DNA of 64,000 bases. Origin: Strigamia acuminata. Its lineage: Eukaryota. Both the position numbers and the translations under genes were made by a program. The first letter of the stretch is position 1, and each line of letters begins with the position of its first letter. Below, piece by piece: positions 11,791 through 24,806 of this stretch. Location of the stretch: contig OX442314.1 of assembly GCA_949358305.1 (NCBI GenBank), positions 31,868,001 through 31,932,000 of the forward strand, written 5' to 3'. A model generated the notes under the pieces. It made no database searches, was not told where the DNA came from, and was given only the letters and a program-made list of their open reading frames with translations.

Positions 11791-12436
11791 TGTTACATAG
11801 TTTATTACGGCAGTATTTGTTTTACTTTTTTGTTTTCAAGAATGCTGTTTTGTTTTAATTTTTGGTTTTATGACTTGTTATACCAGATTGTCGATTTAAT
11901 ATGATTTTAATTTGTTTTAGATTGTTGATTTGTTATGATTTTTAGTTATTATATTGTTACCTTAATCGGTATTCAACAATTATTATACCTTAAGACCTTA
12001 AATTGTTATTTCTATTTCGTTGCCAAACATGAATACATTCATATACTGCATTGTTTGCTTCTCATCAACAATTACCACAGCAATAAACCCCAATAATTGA
12101 AAACACTCAACTATTTCTATTCAAATTATTTTATTAGACGCAACTGACAAAATAAATTATTATTCGCTTGTATACAAAATACAGGGTACATAAGTACCAA
12201 TTTACACACACAAACATTTGACTAAATGCATCAAGGCACTTGCAATACAATGTAAAAAAATCAAAAAAACAAAAAAAAAGATTTATACAACAAAAAAAAA
12301 AACAATAAAAAAAAACAAAAAAACTTTTGATTGACATATTTACAATTTATCATACACTGGCACTTTGAATCTTTGATAACTGGTAGTTGGCGGCTCTATA
12401 TAATTTCCCACCATCATTATCCATCCTTCGGAATCC

Positions 12437-12925
12437 CTAATCGCGGTCGAGCAGTTCTAGTAAAGCCGCGATATAACTCTGAGCCATTTGCAACGTCTCG
12501 TACTTCGACAGCTTCCGGTCATTCCCCAACGACGGAACCACATCCCGCAGCTTATCGAACGCAACATTCAAACTGTTCATCCTCCGTCTCTCCCGCGCAT
12601 TCGCCGCCAACCGCCTCTTGCGCATCACGTTCGCCGTCGGCAGCTTGTCCGGCCTCTGACTCTTTCGGCTCGCCGATCGCGACGTCCGCTCTTCGCCCGT
12701 CCGCGGCGACATCATCTGGCCGCTCTCCGACTCCCCGAGCGAAAAATCCGAATTGCCCAACTCCATCAACTCCGTCGCCTCCTCCGAATCCTCGTTAAAA
12801 CTGTTGGCAGCGTCCTCCATCGACTGGTCAAGCCCGAGCACTTGAAACGGCTCCTGGTGGTGGTGTCCCGGTGACAGGTAGTCGCTCAACACTGCAGCAA
12901 GCATTGCAGCCTCACCTCCGACCAT
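12437..12925 (-). CDS. ato/amos: Atonal/amos-family proneural bHLH transcription factor (162 aa, intronless)
   Basis: bHLH domain [57 protein letters not shown] is diagnostic of the Atonal family; the MNSLN and [11 protein letters not shown] residues are amos-like. First ATG at 12925 lies downstream of a TATA box. AATAAA (minus) at 12130-12135. Confidence 0.93.
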   Translation of the reverse strand: MVGGEAAMLAAVLSDYLSPGHHHQEPFQVLGLDQSMEDAANSFNEDSEEATELMELGNSDFSLGESESGQMMSPRTGEERTSRSASRKSQRPDKLPTANVMRKRRLAANARERRRMNSLNVAFDKLRDVVPSLGNDRKLSKYETLQMAQSYIAALLELLDRD

Positions 12926-12949
12926 CGCTCGTCTGAGCGTCTCGGCTGC

Positions 12950-13050
12950 GTCTGATGATCGTCCTTGTCCTTCCGATTTTATACAGGGGTCCGGGGAACC
13001 CGCCCTCCACGTGCGTAATAATCTCCCTCGCGGCCACCGTCCGCCAATCA
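12950..13050 (-). promoter_or_regulatory. Core promoter of the atonal-family gene
   Basis: TATAAAA at 12983-12977 (minus); initiator-like ATCAGAC ~30 bp downstream (~12950-12956); CACGTG box at ~13008-13013; CCAAT at ~13044-13048. Confidence 0.7.
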
Positions 13051-15949
13051 GGGCCGGCAACCACAGAGCGCCGCTTTTTTTTTTTTTTTTTTTTTTTTTT
13101 TCCTTCTGTCTTTCTCTCTCTCACCACCCCCTGCACCCCCCTCTTCCCTTGAGTGGTTCGACACCCCTCTGTTTCTCTTTACCTGTGTTCCGCGAAGTCG
13201 ACAGCTTCCAATTTGCACTCGGAAAAGTGTAACGTTAAAAATGATGTTAAAAGCGTGGCTGCGGTAATTAAACTATTTCCGGTTTAATTAAAAAAGGTTT
13301 TTACCGTTGAGGACGTTTGGTGGTGGTCGTCGGTCGGAGAGAAATTCGTGGTTTGGGGGGTGGGGAGTGGGGGGGTTTTTTGAAAATGGACACGCAAGAG
13401 GAGACCGGTCGCGCGCGACATGTTTTGCCCAGGGGCGAACGGCGCGTGACCATAGGGGACGCCAAATGGCGCCAGGTAAAAAGTTAGCTGGGATGACCAC
13501 TTGATTCGTGATGATTTCAGAGTCGAAGGTCTTTCGGTTCCTTGGAAATGTTTTTTTGTTGTTTTGTTTCGTGTTTTTTTTGTTTTGTTTTTGTTTTCTT
13601 CGAAGTGCACAACAATGGGTTGGGTGCAACAAAGTGAAATGTATAAATATAAATTTCTTTCGGACGGATGATATATAGTTTAATTAATTTGGGGAGTTTT
13701 GATGGTAATTATCTCCATTCAGAGTGGATTTTTGTTGTTTTTTTTGGATTTTTTTTTGTTTTTTTATCTTTTTGTGGTTTTGTTTTGATGATATAGTACA
13801 ATAGGAACTTTTTTTGGCCACGTGGGCATTGGATTGAAAAGTGAAATGAAAAATGACAGGTAAATTGATAGCATTCGCACATCACGAATTATTGTTCAGG
13901 CCTTTGAGGAACTTATTACTTGGAGCCCCATTTGGATTTTTTTTGAATAAGTGGAAGGAAGGGTTAGGCCAATCAATCATAAGACCCCACAGAAAATGAC
14001 TTGTAAATGATCGCTGCACAGAAGGCAGGAAAACTCTTCTTGAGATCAAAATTGGTCAACTTATCTCTTTATAATGTTGGAGAAGTTGTATTGTTATGTC
14101 AGGAATAAAAAATAAATAAAAAAATCCTGTATTTTCAGAATTATTAATTATCTTTGAAAAAACTAATTTAATACGTGGGAATAGTGAAGTGTTATGTATT
14201 GTATATATTCTCAGCTGAAATCAAGTTGTATTTCATTAACTATTGTTGCCTGAATTGCTATATGCTATTTTTTGTATTGTTTTTTCTGACTGTTATATTT
14301 TTATGTGCTAAATTGTTGCTTTTTGAATGGTTGCAATTGTGTAGTAGTTGAATTTGTACAATTTGCTTTATTGTTATTACATTGAATTGTTGTTGTTTTT
14401 ATTGTTGCATTTTAAATTTTCTTGGTTTTTGAATTAAATTGTTGAGTTTTTGTTTTTTTTGAATTAAATTGTCGAGTTTTTGTTGTTTTTTTGGATTGTT
14501 AAGTTGTTGAATTTTTCTTGTTTTAGAATTGTTGCATCAAAGGCAGAAAGAGCTGGAAAATTCCTCAAAGCTGCGTACCGCAAACGGCCCGTAAGTATCA
14601 ACAATCATTTCTTTTAATGTCAAAAGAGGGCCTTTTGCATTAAACTTGTAATTCCATTGTCTCTGGGATTACACTCAAATGACAAATTGCTATATTTATT
14701 TATTAATTTAATTAAATGAAAACCTCCAAAAACACCAAACTAAACTCCGCTAACAATTTTTAAATAAAAATCTTATTGCTATATAGGAATGTGTGGCCCT
14801 ACATTTCCCAAATAAAAAAAAAATTAATAAAAAATAAAATAATTGGAGAAATATTTTTTTAAAGCGAAACCTCTTCCCATTTCGTAGCTGAATGATGGGG
14901 TTGACGACTTTAATTTGATACCTTGTGACCGTCGTGATACCACATCCAAGCACCCAGCGACATTTTTCACACCTATATAATAACCGCTCACCCATATTAG
15001 ATCTACAAGGCTTTGACTGCCAAAACCCAACACAAAAAAATCTAAAAACAATAATCAACAAAGTGTAGAAGCCATTACATTAACCTTTAAATAACACACA
15101 AGTGTCCCAACTTCCAATCTATATTTTAAAAGACGATTTTTAAAAATAAAAAAAAAAATATAATAAATAAAAAAAAAATTTAAAAAAAAAATTAATTTTT
15201 TTATTTTATTTTTATTTTTTTCTCTCCATGCTGTACAATGATGGCGATAACCTATGTGCGTGAGGGCTATGGGCGGGAATCTCATGAATATTTGAAACGA
15301 CTCCCGTGCATGGGTCAGTTCTTCTCAGTTGCAGACTTGCAGTGCCAATATACGAAGGCCCTGTTAAGATCTTTATTTTATGGGGCGGCCCCGGGGGGGA
15401 TTGGGTGTTCGGACGCACGTGCTGTCAGAATATGTAATGGTGCGTTGATTTGACCAGTCGCACCTGCACATGCGTGATTATTGGTTGGGAGATGATCCAG
15501 TTTGCAATTTACATGAAATAAGAGTGTTTGCGGACGTTTTCTGTTTCTCGGGGTGATATTAGGGATTTATAAATGGAAAGTGGACAGGGGGCCCGGGGAA
15601 TGGGGTTAATTAAAGAACGGAAGAGGGCGGGAAATGGGGGTCGGTTATTCATTACCCCTCAGTTTGCGCAAAGCAGGTAAATAATTCAACGAGCTCATCA
15701 CACCCACATTGCACTTTATTAAGACTTTAGGAGAATTTAAAATTCAACAGGGGTTGGCGCAAGAATGCAATTTCCGTAATTTTTTAAAAGTATAAGCAGA
15801 CAGATTTAGTGGCGATGTGGAAAAAGGAAAAACACAAGAAAAATCTGCTGCAAAATTGAATAACAAACAAATTTTTTTTTAAAATAAACACAAATAAAAC
15901 AAAAATAAAATTTGAAATTAAAAATGGTGATAAAAATGCTTAGAAAACA

Positions 15950-16110
15950 TGAAAAACGTGAAATTGTACGTGCAAAACACTGAAAAATCTGAAATTGTAC
16001 GTGCAAAACACTGAAAAGCGTGAAATTGTACGTGCAAAACACTGAAAAACCTGAAATTGTACGTGCAAAACACTGAAAAACGTGAATTTGTACGTGCAAA
16101 ACACTGAAAA
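15950..16110. repeat. Minisatellite, ~31-bp unit (TGAAATTGTACGTGCAAAACACTGAAAAAC) x5
   Basis: Near-identical head-to-tail units without unique spacers. Confidence 0.9.
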
Positions 16111-17519
16111 CAATGAAAAACCAACTGCATATACCATGTAATACAACTAAAAAACATTTTTTGTACTGCTCTGTTAAACCAACAAAAGCCCCGCAAAAAA
16201 ATTTAATAAAATGGATAAAACTTCAGCAAACAACAATTTTGCTCATTTTGTTGCATAACACAACTATTAGATCTCCTTCTCTGAAAGCGAACAATTCCCG
16301 AAAGCGTAAAAACATCAACTCGTGTATAATTAGCCGCCAACGTCATGACAGCGCGTGCGTGCCTAATGTAGCGCATCATAGCCAAAATTAAGCGTGTTTC
16401 CTGTGCCTATGTGACGCCATTCGAATATGACTTTTTCTCCTTTTCATTTTCCTACCTGTCACTGCAATGACCAACGGTACATCGGAACGGATGCACTTAG
16501 TTTGCCTTATGACTGCTCAACCAGGTCACTGGGTTTTCTAAAACTGCCCAAATATAAAAATAACACGGCTTAGGGCTCAGGATTATCGTTGGGATTAATA
16601 ACCCTAAAAACGAAAAGAAAACAAAAAAAATAATTCTGTGAAGAAATTAATTTTTTTTTCTTTGGAAAAAAGAGATTAAAACAAGGACAACAAGTTTGCT
16701 CAAGTTTTTCCCACACATATCTAATGTTTGACCATCAGTGACACTTGGCCAATTGTATTTGAGTGCGCACCTGTGCGCGCCCATTGCTGGCGGAACTGAT
16801 GGACACTGGCGCGTGGCGTTGCTCCACTTGAAACATCTGCCCCGAAATGTGACTCATTAAATTACCTAACAAATATATATATAACTTATGTTTGTATCTA
16901 TGTTTATTTATGAGGAATTTCTCCATCTGCAGACGAAATATTAATTTACTTGGAATTATTCGGTTCGGGTGAACATTTAATTTCGATGTCAGTTTTTCCT
17001 TGTAATTATATCGTTTTATTTTATTTTTTTGGTTGTTGTCCAAGGCGAGGTCCAAGGCCAATGAGTGGTCAGTGAATCATGTGATGCTTTAGCTTGAAAT
17101 TTTCTATTTGTAATCTTAAATTACACACCTGCTCAGGGCAAGGACGAGTTTGTGTGTAGGTGGGTTGAAAGTTGTTTGGCACGCGTATCCACGCGGCGGA
17201 TATTAGTTTTTTTTTTATTTTTTTTATTTTTTAGTTGTGAGAAATGTAAGGTGATTACTTTTGATGATTGTTTAGTGGCGCAGTGACGTAAGGGGCAAAT
17301 TTAATTTCTTTTTGGAGGAGTGATGAGTTTGTGTAATATATTTTGGAAGAAAACAATTGTTTTTGGATGTTTGTAAATTTTATTTTAGCTTTGTTTGATG
17401 ATGGTTGATTTTTTTAAAGTTTTTTTTTGTGTTTTAGCAAAAAATATCTCCATGAAGATTGTATAACGTTAATTTTTTATTTGGTTGGGTTCTGTGTTGT
17501 TATTTATGTGTTTTTGTTG

Positions 17520-17730
17520 CTGTTTTGTTTATTTGTTTGATTATTATTTTGTTTATTTGTTTGATTATTATTTTGTTTATTTGTTTGATTATTATTTTGT
17601 TTATTTTTGTTTATTTGTTTGAATATTATTTTTTTTATTTGTTTGATTATTATTTTGTTTATTTGTTAATTTGTTTGATTATTATTATGTTTTGTTTATT
17701 TCTTTGATTATTATTTTGTTTTATTTATTT
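17520..17730. repeat. T-rich ~24-bp tandem repeat (TTTATTTGTTTGATTATTATTTTG)
   Basis: Visible tandem units. Confidence 0.75.
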
Positions 17731-18232
17731 CTTCGATCATTTTCTTGTTTTTACAAATTGATTTTTTATTTATTTCCCTTTGTTTGATTTTATTGAAGGT
17801 TTTGTCAATTATATGTTTTATGCCGATTGGTTTTTTTACTTTAAAAAATCTTTCTTTTTTGTTCTGTTTTTTCTTATTTTTTTAAAAAAATTTTTTTCGT
17901 TTTCTCGGATGCGTTTAACATGTTTTGTTTTTTGTATCCGTAAATGTGACACGATTCTAACCCAATTTATGAAAATTAACTTAAATACATATCTTCCAAA
18001 AGTCAAAGCAAATTTTCCTGGTATAGTCATGACAACCATAAATCAATTAAGATTTTTCTTTCATACCAAGACCCCCCTGCATCCTACACAACTTTTCTCC
18101 AATGACCACCCTTAAACTAAACCTGTCATCAGTCGATGAATGAACATCAAAAATTTCCAGGTGATCGTATAATAATAAAAATCGAATTTTTTTCATATTA
18201 CCAAAATTTTTTTTCATCTTCTCCAATTCAAC

Positions 18233-18267
<35 letters not shown>

Positions 18268-19559
18268 GAAAGAACTTTTTGAACTTTTGCTTTAGTCCAA
18301 ACTGAATAGGGTCCCATCCATGAATATGTATGCGCAGGCGCGTGTCACCAGCTCTGTAATTGTGAGTACGTGCCCTGTAATGAGCAAAACCACGCCTGCT
18401 CGCCATCAAAAATATTTCCACCAAAAGAAATCCAAAAAACAAAATCTCCCAAAAAAAAAAAAAAATTAAATAAAACAAATTGGATAAAATGTATTAGCAA
18501 TAATAATAATAATAATGAAATTTGCATTGTGGTCAAGCAGATGGCGGGATTAACGTCCTGCAAAGTGCAAAACCATTTACAAATCATTAAATACACACAA
18601 AAAAAAATTAATAACAAAAATTTTAAAAATCTTTGTGGTGGGTCCGCCATTTTTTTTTTTTTTTCTTGTTGTGGGTGTAAAAAAGGAGTGAAAATTAGTC
18701 CTCAGAAAAACCTCCAGACATGATGTATGGCCTATATTTCCATGTCCACCATCTTGTGAGGGCCCCCTCTTGACAAAGTGATGTCTCCTCCCCTTTACTT
18801 GGCTGACATCTTTATTGGGGCCTGGGCAGAAGTGACCGCAGACTGCACAGAACTCTTTCATGGTTGATTAGGACGTATACCACCCAACTACTGGGAGGGG
18901 TTTTCTCGTTTTTTAAAGAGGGTTTTAGATCAGAACACTCCTTAGGAGGTAATGGGGAGGATATTGTTGCCTAATCAATTGTTGGTTTGGAAACAGAGAC
19001 GGAAATAGTTGTGCAATTTGCAATTGGAGACGGAATTGATAGCCTGAAAACATTACCTCGAGCTAATTACCGTTAATTGAATGTACGGGCAACTTGGTAG
19101 GTCCCATGTAATAAAATTTCTTAGTACAGGTAATCAGGGGGGAATGATAGTGTACCTGCAGTGTTTTAAGTGAGGTATGTGTGTTGTGTTGCCAAGAATG
19201 GGAGTTGATGAGGAGGCGCAAATGGGTGGTTTTTGCTATTTTTTATTTTATTAAAACAAAGTGTTGTGTGTATTCTCAGCAAAAAGATTTGGTCAATGTT
19301 TGGTTTCTAAATAATACAGGAATTTGAAATGTGTGTGGATTTTGTTATTTGAATAATCATCAAAATAGAATAAAAATGTATAATTTGTTGGCGTAATAAT
19401 GTTAATTTTTGAATTACTTAACATTGTAGAGGGCAAAAGAATGTGGTATTGTTTACAATAATCAAATAAATCACACACAAAAAAGCCGGTCAATGTTTAC
19501 TCAGAAACGCGTCGAACAATAAAAGTATTAAATTTAAAAATTGAGCGTGAATTGGACCA

Positions 19560-20115
19560 ATGAAGCACCCATTTTCCAATTAAGCACCCATTTGCCAAAT
19601 AAGCAATCAATTGCCAATTAAGCAACCAATTGCCAATTAAACAACCAATTGCCAATCAAGCAACCAATTGCCACTTAAACACCAATTCCTACCAATTAAG
19701 CAACAATTCCTACCAATTAAGCACGAATTCCTACCAATTAAGCACCAATTCCTACCAATTAAGCACCAAATCCTACCAATTAAGCATTAAATCTATCAGT
19801 TAGGCATTGAATCTATTAGTTTAGCATTACATCTATCACCTACGCATTGAATCTATTAGTTTGGCATTAAATCTAATAGTTTGGCATTAAATTTATTAGT
19901 TTGGCATTGAATCTGTCAGTTTGGCATTAAATCTATTAGTCTGGCATTAAATCTATCAGTTTGGCATTAAATCTATTAGTTTGGCATTAAATCTATTAGT
20001 TTGGCATTAAATCTATCAGTTTGGCATTAAATCTATTAGTTTGGCATTAAATCTATTAGTTTGGCATTAAATCTATCAGTTTGGCATTAAATCTATTAGT
20101 TTGGCATTAAATCTC
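19560..20115. repeat. Compound minisatellite: ~20-21-bp AATTAAGCACCAATTCCTACC units grading into 20-bp TTGGCATTAAATCTATTAGT units
   Basis: Visible tandem arrays with gradual unit drift. Confidence 0.9.
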
Positions 20116-22449
20116 TCATTTAAGAATCAGATCATTCAATCATTATTACATCTAACAATTTAAACAATAAAACTAGGGAGTTCAATGAACAACCGCAACA
20201 ATTATAATAACAAATTCAACAACAAAGAAGCTGTTGTACACTTATTTACAAAACAAATTACTCAATTTTAAAATGAAAAAACCCGTATAGCATCTTTTTA
20301 CACTTGATATTAGATAATCCAGCAGCAGATAATGATAATTGATGAATAATTGATTCAATTCAAAGTCCAAATTCTTATTTTTGGCTGTGACAGACGAATT
20401 TGGGACCTCTTTTTTTTCCCTTCCTTATCACCAACACTTACACTTCCTCTTACAAGTCCCAGTTCAATGGACACTGCACGCGCGTCATGTGCGAAGCGCG
20501 CGTGCTCGACCACAGGTGGCACTAATGAGACGCGACGCCCCCTCCCAACTTGAATTTCCAAATAGGTTTCAGACGGGAAGATGACCGCCACCCCTAAACC
20601 CAACGCAGAACGCACGTACCCAGGTGTGAAATAAAAAAATCGATGAATCGCCAAGTGGCACCATTGCATGAAATTTTATTATGAATTGAATTAATATTAT
20701 TAACCACTAGGTCCATCAGATGTAATTAGACCAAATCGTAGGTTAATTTTAGGCTCATCTGCTGGAACTCGGCCAGACAAAGGAGGAGGAATCCCCTCTT
20801 CTCCTTTCGCCTGTCTACACGTTAAGCAGCTGTTTACCGAGCGCTACGGCTAGTGCCACTAAATCGGCTTCTGTCTTCTTTTTAAGATTACAGATGAGGC
20901 ATTGAGCTGTGCACATTAGCACGTAATCTGGCTAAGTCTCAATAAGTGTTTGTTTTGCTTCAATTCTTGATTATTGTTTTTGCAATTCTTGATTAATTGT
21001 TTTTGTCAATTTTTGTGTAATTGTTTTTGTCAATTCTTGTTTTCTTGTTTTTGTCAACAAAATGGGGCCCAGGCCAGTCGAAAAATCTGAATTTATGTTT
21101 AGAATTGGGAGACTATTGTGCTTTTTGTCACATGTTGTTGATCTGTTTAAATTATAGTTTCTCACTAGATAAGCCTGGACTTTGGGGTTTTCTTAACTTC
21201 ATTTTCACTATTTGGCGCATTCAAAGTGTGTGTTTCTGTTTATGTTTTTGACATTTATAGAAATAGAATAGACACCAAAAACGACCAAAAACATTGTCAA
21301 AGAGCGCAAAAAAAACAAAAACCAAACTGGAGTTGTTTTTGAAGTGGTTTATATGCCGGGTTTTAGTTTTTGCAACCAAATTCAAAATGGCTGCCACGAA
21401 GAACAGAAGTTAAATCGAGGAATCAAACTTTCAAGTGTCAAAATACTTTCCAGCGAAGCTACTACCTTGTAAAACGTGAGTAAAGCCCCAACCTTCAGCA
21501 CAGGATTTTTAATCGCCGTCGAACCCACAAACGACTTTACCTTCATCTCGAATTATTTCTATTCCCGCACGATTAATTCATGACTATTTAGCGTGATAGA
21601 TTTGTATTGTCCACAATTTATATCCAACATTTTGATTTAGAAGCATCGCACACACGTCTTTAATTATTTATTACACATTTCTCAATATTCAGTTCGACAA
21701 ATCATTGAAATTTCAAAGAAGCAGAAGCTGAACAACACAGAAGAAACCTTTGATTAACCCCTTTCTTTCTTATTTCCTACAACACAAATAATCCCAGGTG
21801 TTGCCTAACCCACACAAACCGCACCCTGAAGACCGCGGGTGTTTTAAAGGCTCTATATTTCACATTTTGCAGGCACGTGCTCGATCGTATGATGCGTATC
21901 AATGTTCGCCATCGGCCACTGGCAGGACGGCAGCGCCCCCAATAACGACGTTAGTACACGGCAATTACGACAAATGCGATAAGACGTGGCAGGGTGCGTC
22001 TTATCGGCGCTTGGGAATCGGCCCTTGGCACACGGGCCCACTTGAGTAAATTAATAGACAAGTCGCTGCTTGTGAGGTAAACATGGCCGTCAATTATTGT
22101 CAACACAAATTGATGTTTCCATCTTGATAGTGTTTTCCACTCACTTCTTTAAATACACATTAGGTGTTTCTTTTTTTTTTGATGTTCTGAGAAGGAAGGA
22201 TTGTCAGGGTTGGATCCAAGATTTATATCTACCCTTAAGGAAACTGATGACACCCAAATGGAGATGTCAGTATAATTTAAGACTAGCCCCTAACACCTTT
22301 CCTTGGTCCCCCCTTTGAGCATGGATACATGTATACGGTGCTACTGCTGCTACTGTTTTAGTAATGTTTGTTGGACAATTTGTGGCACTGAATCTCGTTT
22401 TAAGATCGTTTTGTGGATTTTTTACAAGCACATTTTGGTTTTCGACATA

Positions 22450-22910
22450 TTTTCTGAATTTTTATTGATATTTTAATAGTAAATTTTCAAAAATTTCAAT
22501 TTTCTGAATTTTTATTGATTTTTTTTCTAATAAATTTCCAAAAATTTCAATTTTCTGAATTTTTATTGATTTTTTTCTAATAAATTTTTCAAAATTTTCA
22601 ACTTTCTGAATTTTTATTGATGTTTTTTATTTTATATAAATTTTCAATTTTCTGAATTTTTATTGATTTTTTTCTAATAAGTTTCCAAAAATTTCCATTT
22701 TCTAAACTTTTATTAATTTTTTTCTAATAAATTTTTCAAAAATTTCAATTTTCTAAAGATTTATTGATTTGTTTCTAATAAATTTCCAAAAATTTCAATT
22801 TTCTGAATTCTTATTGATTTTTTTCTAATAAATTTCCAAAATTTACAACTTACTGAATTTTTATTGATGTTTTTCATTTTATATAAATTTTCAATTTTCT
22901 GAACTTTATT
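22450..22910. repeat. AT-rich tandem repeat, ~50-bp unit (TTTCTGAATTTTTATTGATTTTTTTCTAATAAATTTCCAAAAATTTCAA)
   Basis: Visible tandem units. Confidence 0.8.
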
Positions 22911-23795
22911 AAGTTTGTTATTATTTTATTATTAATATTTTTTTCTTGTGTAGTTAATAAGCAGAAAGTGGATGAAAGATTGCTAAAAGGGGCTAGTGCA
23001 AGTTTTCTTCATTCCCAACCCCCAGACTTAAAAGGGAGTTATAAATCATGGCAGGAGGTGGCGCCTCATTGGTCATGGTTACAATACCCTTAGCTTAAGG
23101 AAATATTTTTTCAATTTCTGTCTGTGGGGAATAAGGTAAAAAGCCATTCTTACACCCTGAACTAATTGTCCCATATTGAAGAGAGGTTAAAAACAATAGA
23201 AAAGTGAGTAGCAACAAGTATAGTTACCTCCTGTGGTCCCAAGTTAGATGAATCTGATGTGTCATGCACTCTCTCAAACTGTAATTGCATCCTTGGACTA
23301 TACAATGTGGGTCAGGTAGTTAAAACTTGCAACTGAAATTCAGCCCACTAAAAGTGTTTAAAAATAAATTAATTTCAAAGGGGGGAGGGAAGGAATAAAT
23401 TGTTATTTTGATGATGGTCAAGCTCTGTGTTTTGTTTTGCTGTGACCCACTGTCAATGAACCCCTTTATTATCGCGTGACTGGCATGGAAGAGGATGACC
23501 ACAATCTATTTACCCTACCCCCATCCTTCACAAAACCCTCAAGTCTCTCTCTTTTGACAGCACCACTTTTTATTTGAACTTGAAATGTGCATCAAGGTCA
23601 GGTGGAACAAAAAGTGAAGTTGTTTTTTTAAAAAAAAAAACAATTTGATTACTTGTAATTTTGTTGCACTGCCATTGTCATTTCATTTATTATAAACATT
23701 ATAATAATAAGAAAAATTTAAAACAAAAAAAAATAATTCTGGTGAATCGATTTTGTTTTCGCTGCGATATCGGCTTTTCTCGATGCCATAAATGA

Positions 23796-24754
23796 TGCTG
23801 CGATCCGGGTTTTTATCCACTTAATTTCTAATAAATTAAGCAGAAACCGCAGGTGAATGCTATAAAAGACTTACAATCGGCGGCCTTAAATTATCTAGGG
23901 GTTAAGTTTAAGGAAAAGAAATAAAAAGACAGTTTTATTAATAAAAATCACAAATATGTATTTATTCGTTTAAATTACAATGACTAGTTAAAAATATCAC
24001 AATGGCGACAAGTCGCGAAATGAAATGAGCGGGAACAATGGAAGGGCTTGCAACGACTGTTGCAAGCTACAAAGCGCTAAAATGGCGCTTAAACAACACA
24101 CAGTTGTTAGGCGAAGGCGAATTGTCTTCGTTTGCTGAACTCACGAACGATGGTCGAAGACGATGGTTCTCGTGGGCTCCTTCTACGGCTCGTGCGACGG
24201 CTCGGCGGCGGTGGTTGACGGCTGTAGGCGTCCGGCTCTCGTACGATGGCGGTGGCTGTCGTTCGCGCGGCAGCGACGGCGATGGTTCACGATCGTCGGG
24301 AAACTTCTTCTTCTCGTTTGCTGGAATTAGCTACGGCTAATTCAAGCAGAATTGCTGGCTTTGTGCTTTGGGTGGCACAAAGATAGCAGGTGAAACTGAG
24401 TTACAACGGTCCTCTATCAATACGTATTGTCGGAGCAGATATCGCAGTGATGTTGAGGTTGTTGTTGTATTTTTCAGAGTCACGATTTGAGCCAAGACGC
24501 GAGCCCAGCACGCTTCAATATTGCGCAGAAAACCTGCGCACTTAGCTCAAATGGGTGCAACTAGTGGTTATTACACCATATTGCACCATAACGGCTAATA
24601 ACCGTTTTCACCCCGGACAACCTGGGGTGATATGTGCCTAGAGAGGATTTCTCCCCTCGGTCACATGATCTGACTTGGCGTGTGCCACAGTCAAATTAAT
24701 TAGAAGATAATTAATTTAATCTTCTAAGTTGGTGAATATTTTGAGATCACCACA
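23796..24754 (-). repeat. 3' LTR of copy 1
   Basis: Direct repeat of 35174-36132 at a constant offset of 11,378; no differences seen by eye. Confidence 0.97.
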
Positions 24755-24767
24755 CATCCCCCCATTT
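24755..24767 (-). other. Polypurine tract
   Basis: AAATGGGGGGATG (minus) abutting the 3' LTR. Confidence 0.85.
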
Positions 24768-24806
24768 AAGACGAATCTTACATGGAGAGAAAATGAACGA
24801 ACCAAT

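Noticed and set aside
12331..12874. Plus-strand ORFs of 155 and 128 aa
   Set aside because: Antisense shadows of the GC-rich bHLH CDS.
12926..13060. 45-codon N-terminal extension of the bHLH ORF in the ORF track
   Set aside because: It starts at a non-ATG codon and runs through the TATA box and promoter.
15950..16110. Regular ~31-bp repeats superficially like a CRISPR array
   Set aside because: Units are head-to-tail with no unique spacers, there are no cas genes, and the context is eukaryotic: a minisatellite.
23760..23782. GCTGCGATATCGGCTTTT just outside the LTR resembles the LTR end GCTGCGATCCGGGTTTTT
   Set aside because: Too short to separate from chance, and the true boundary is fixed by TG..CA plus the ATGA TSD.
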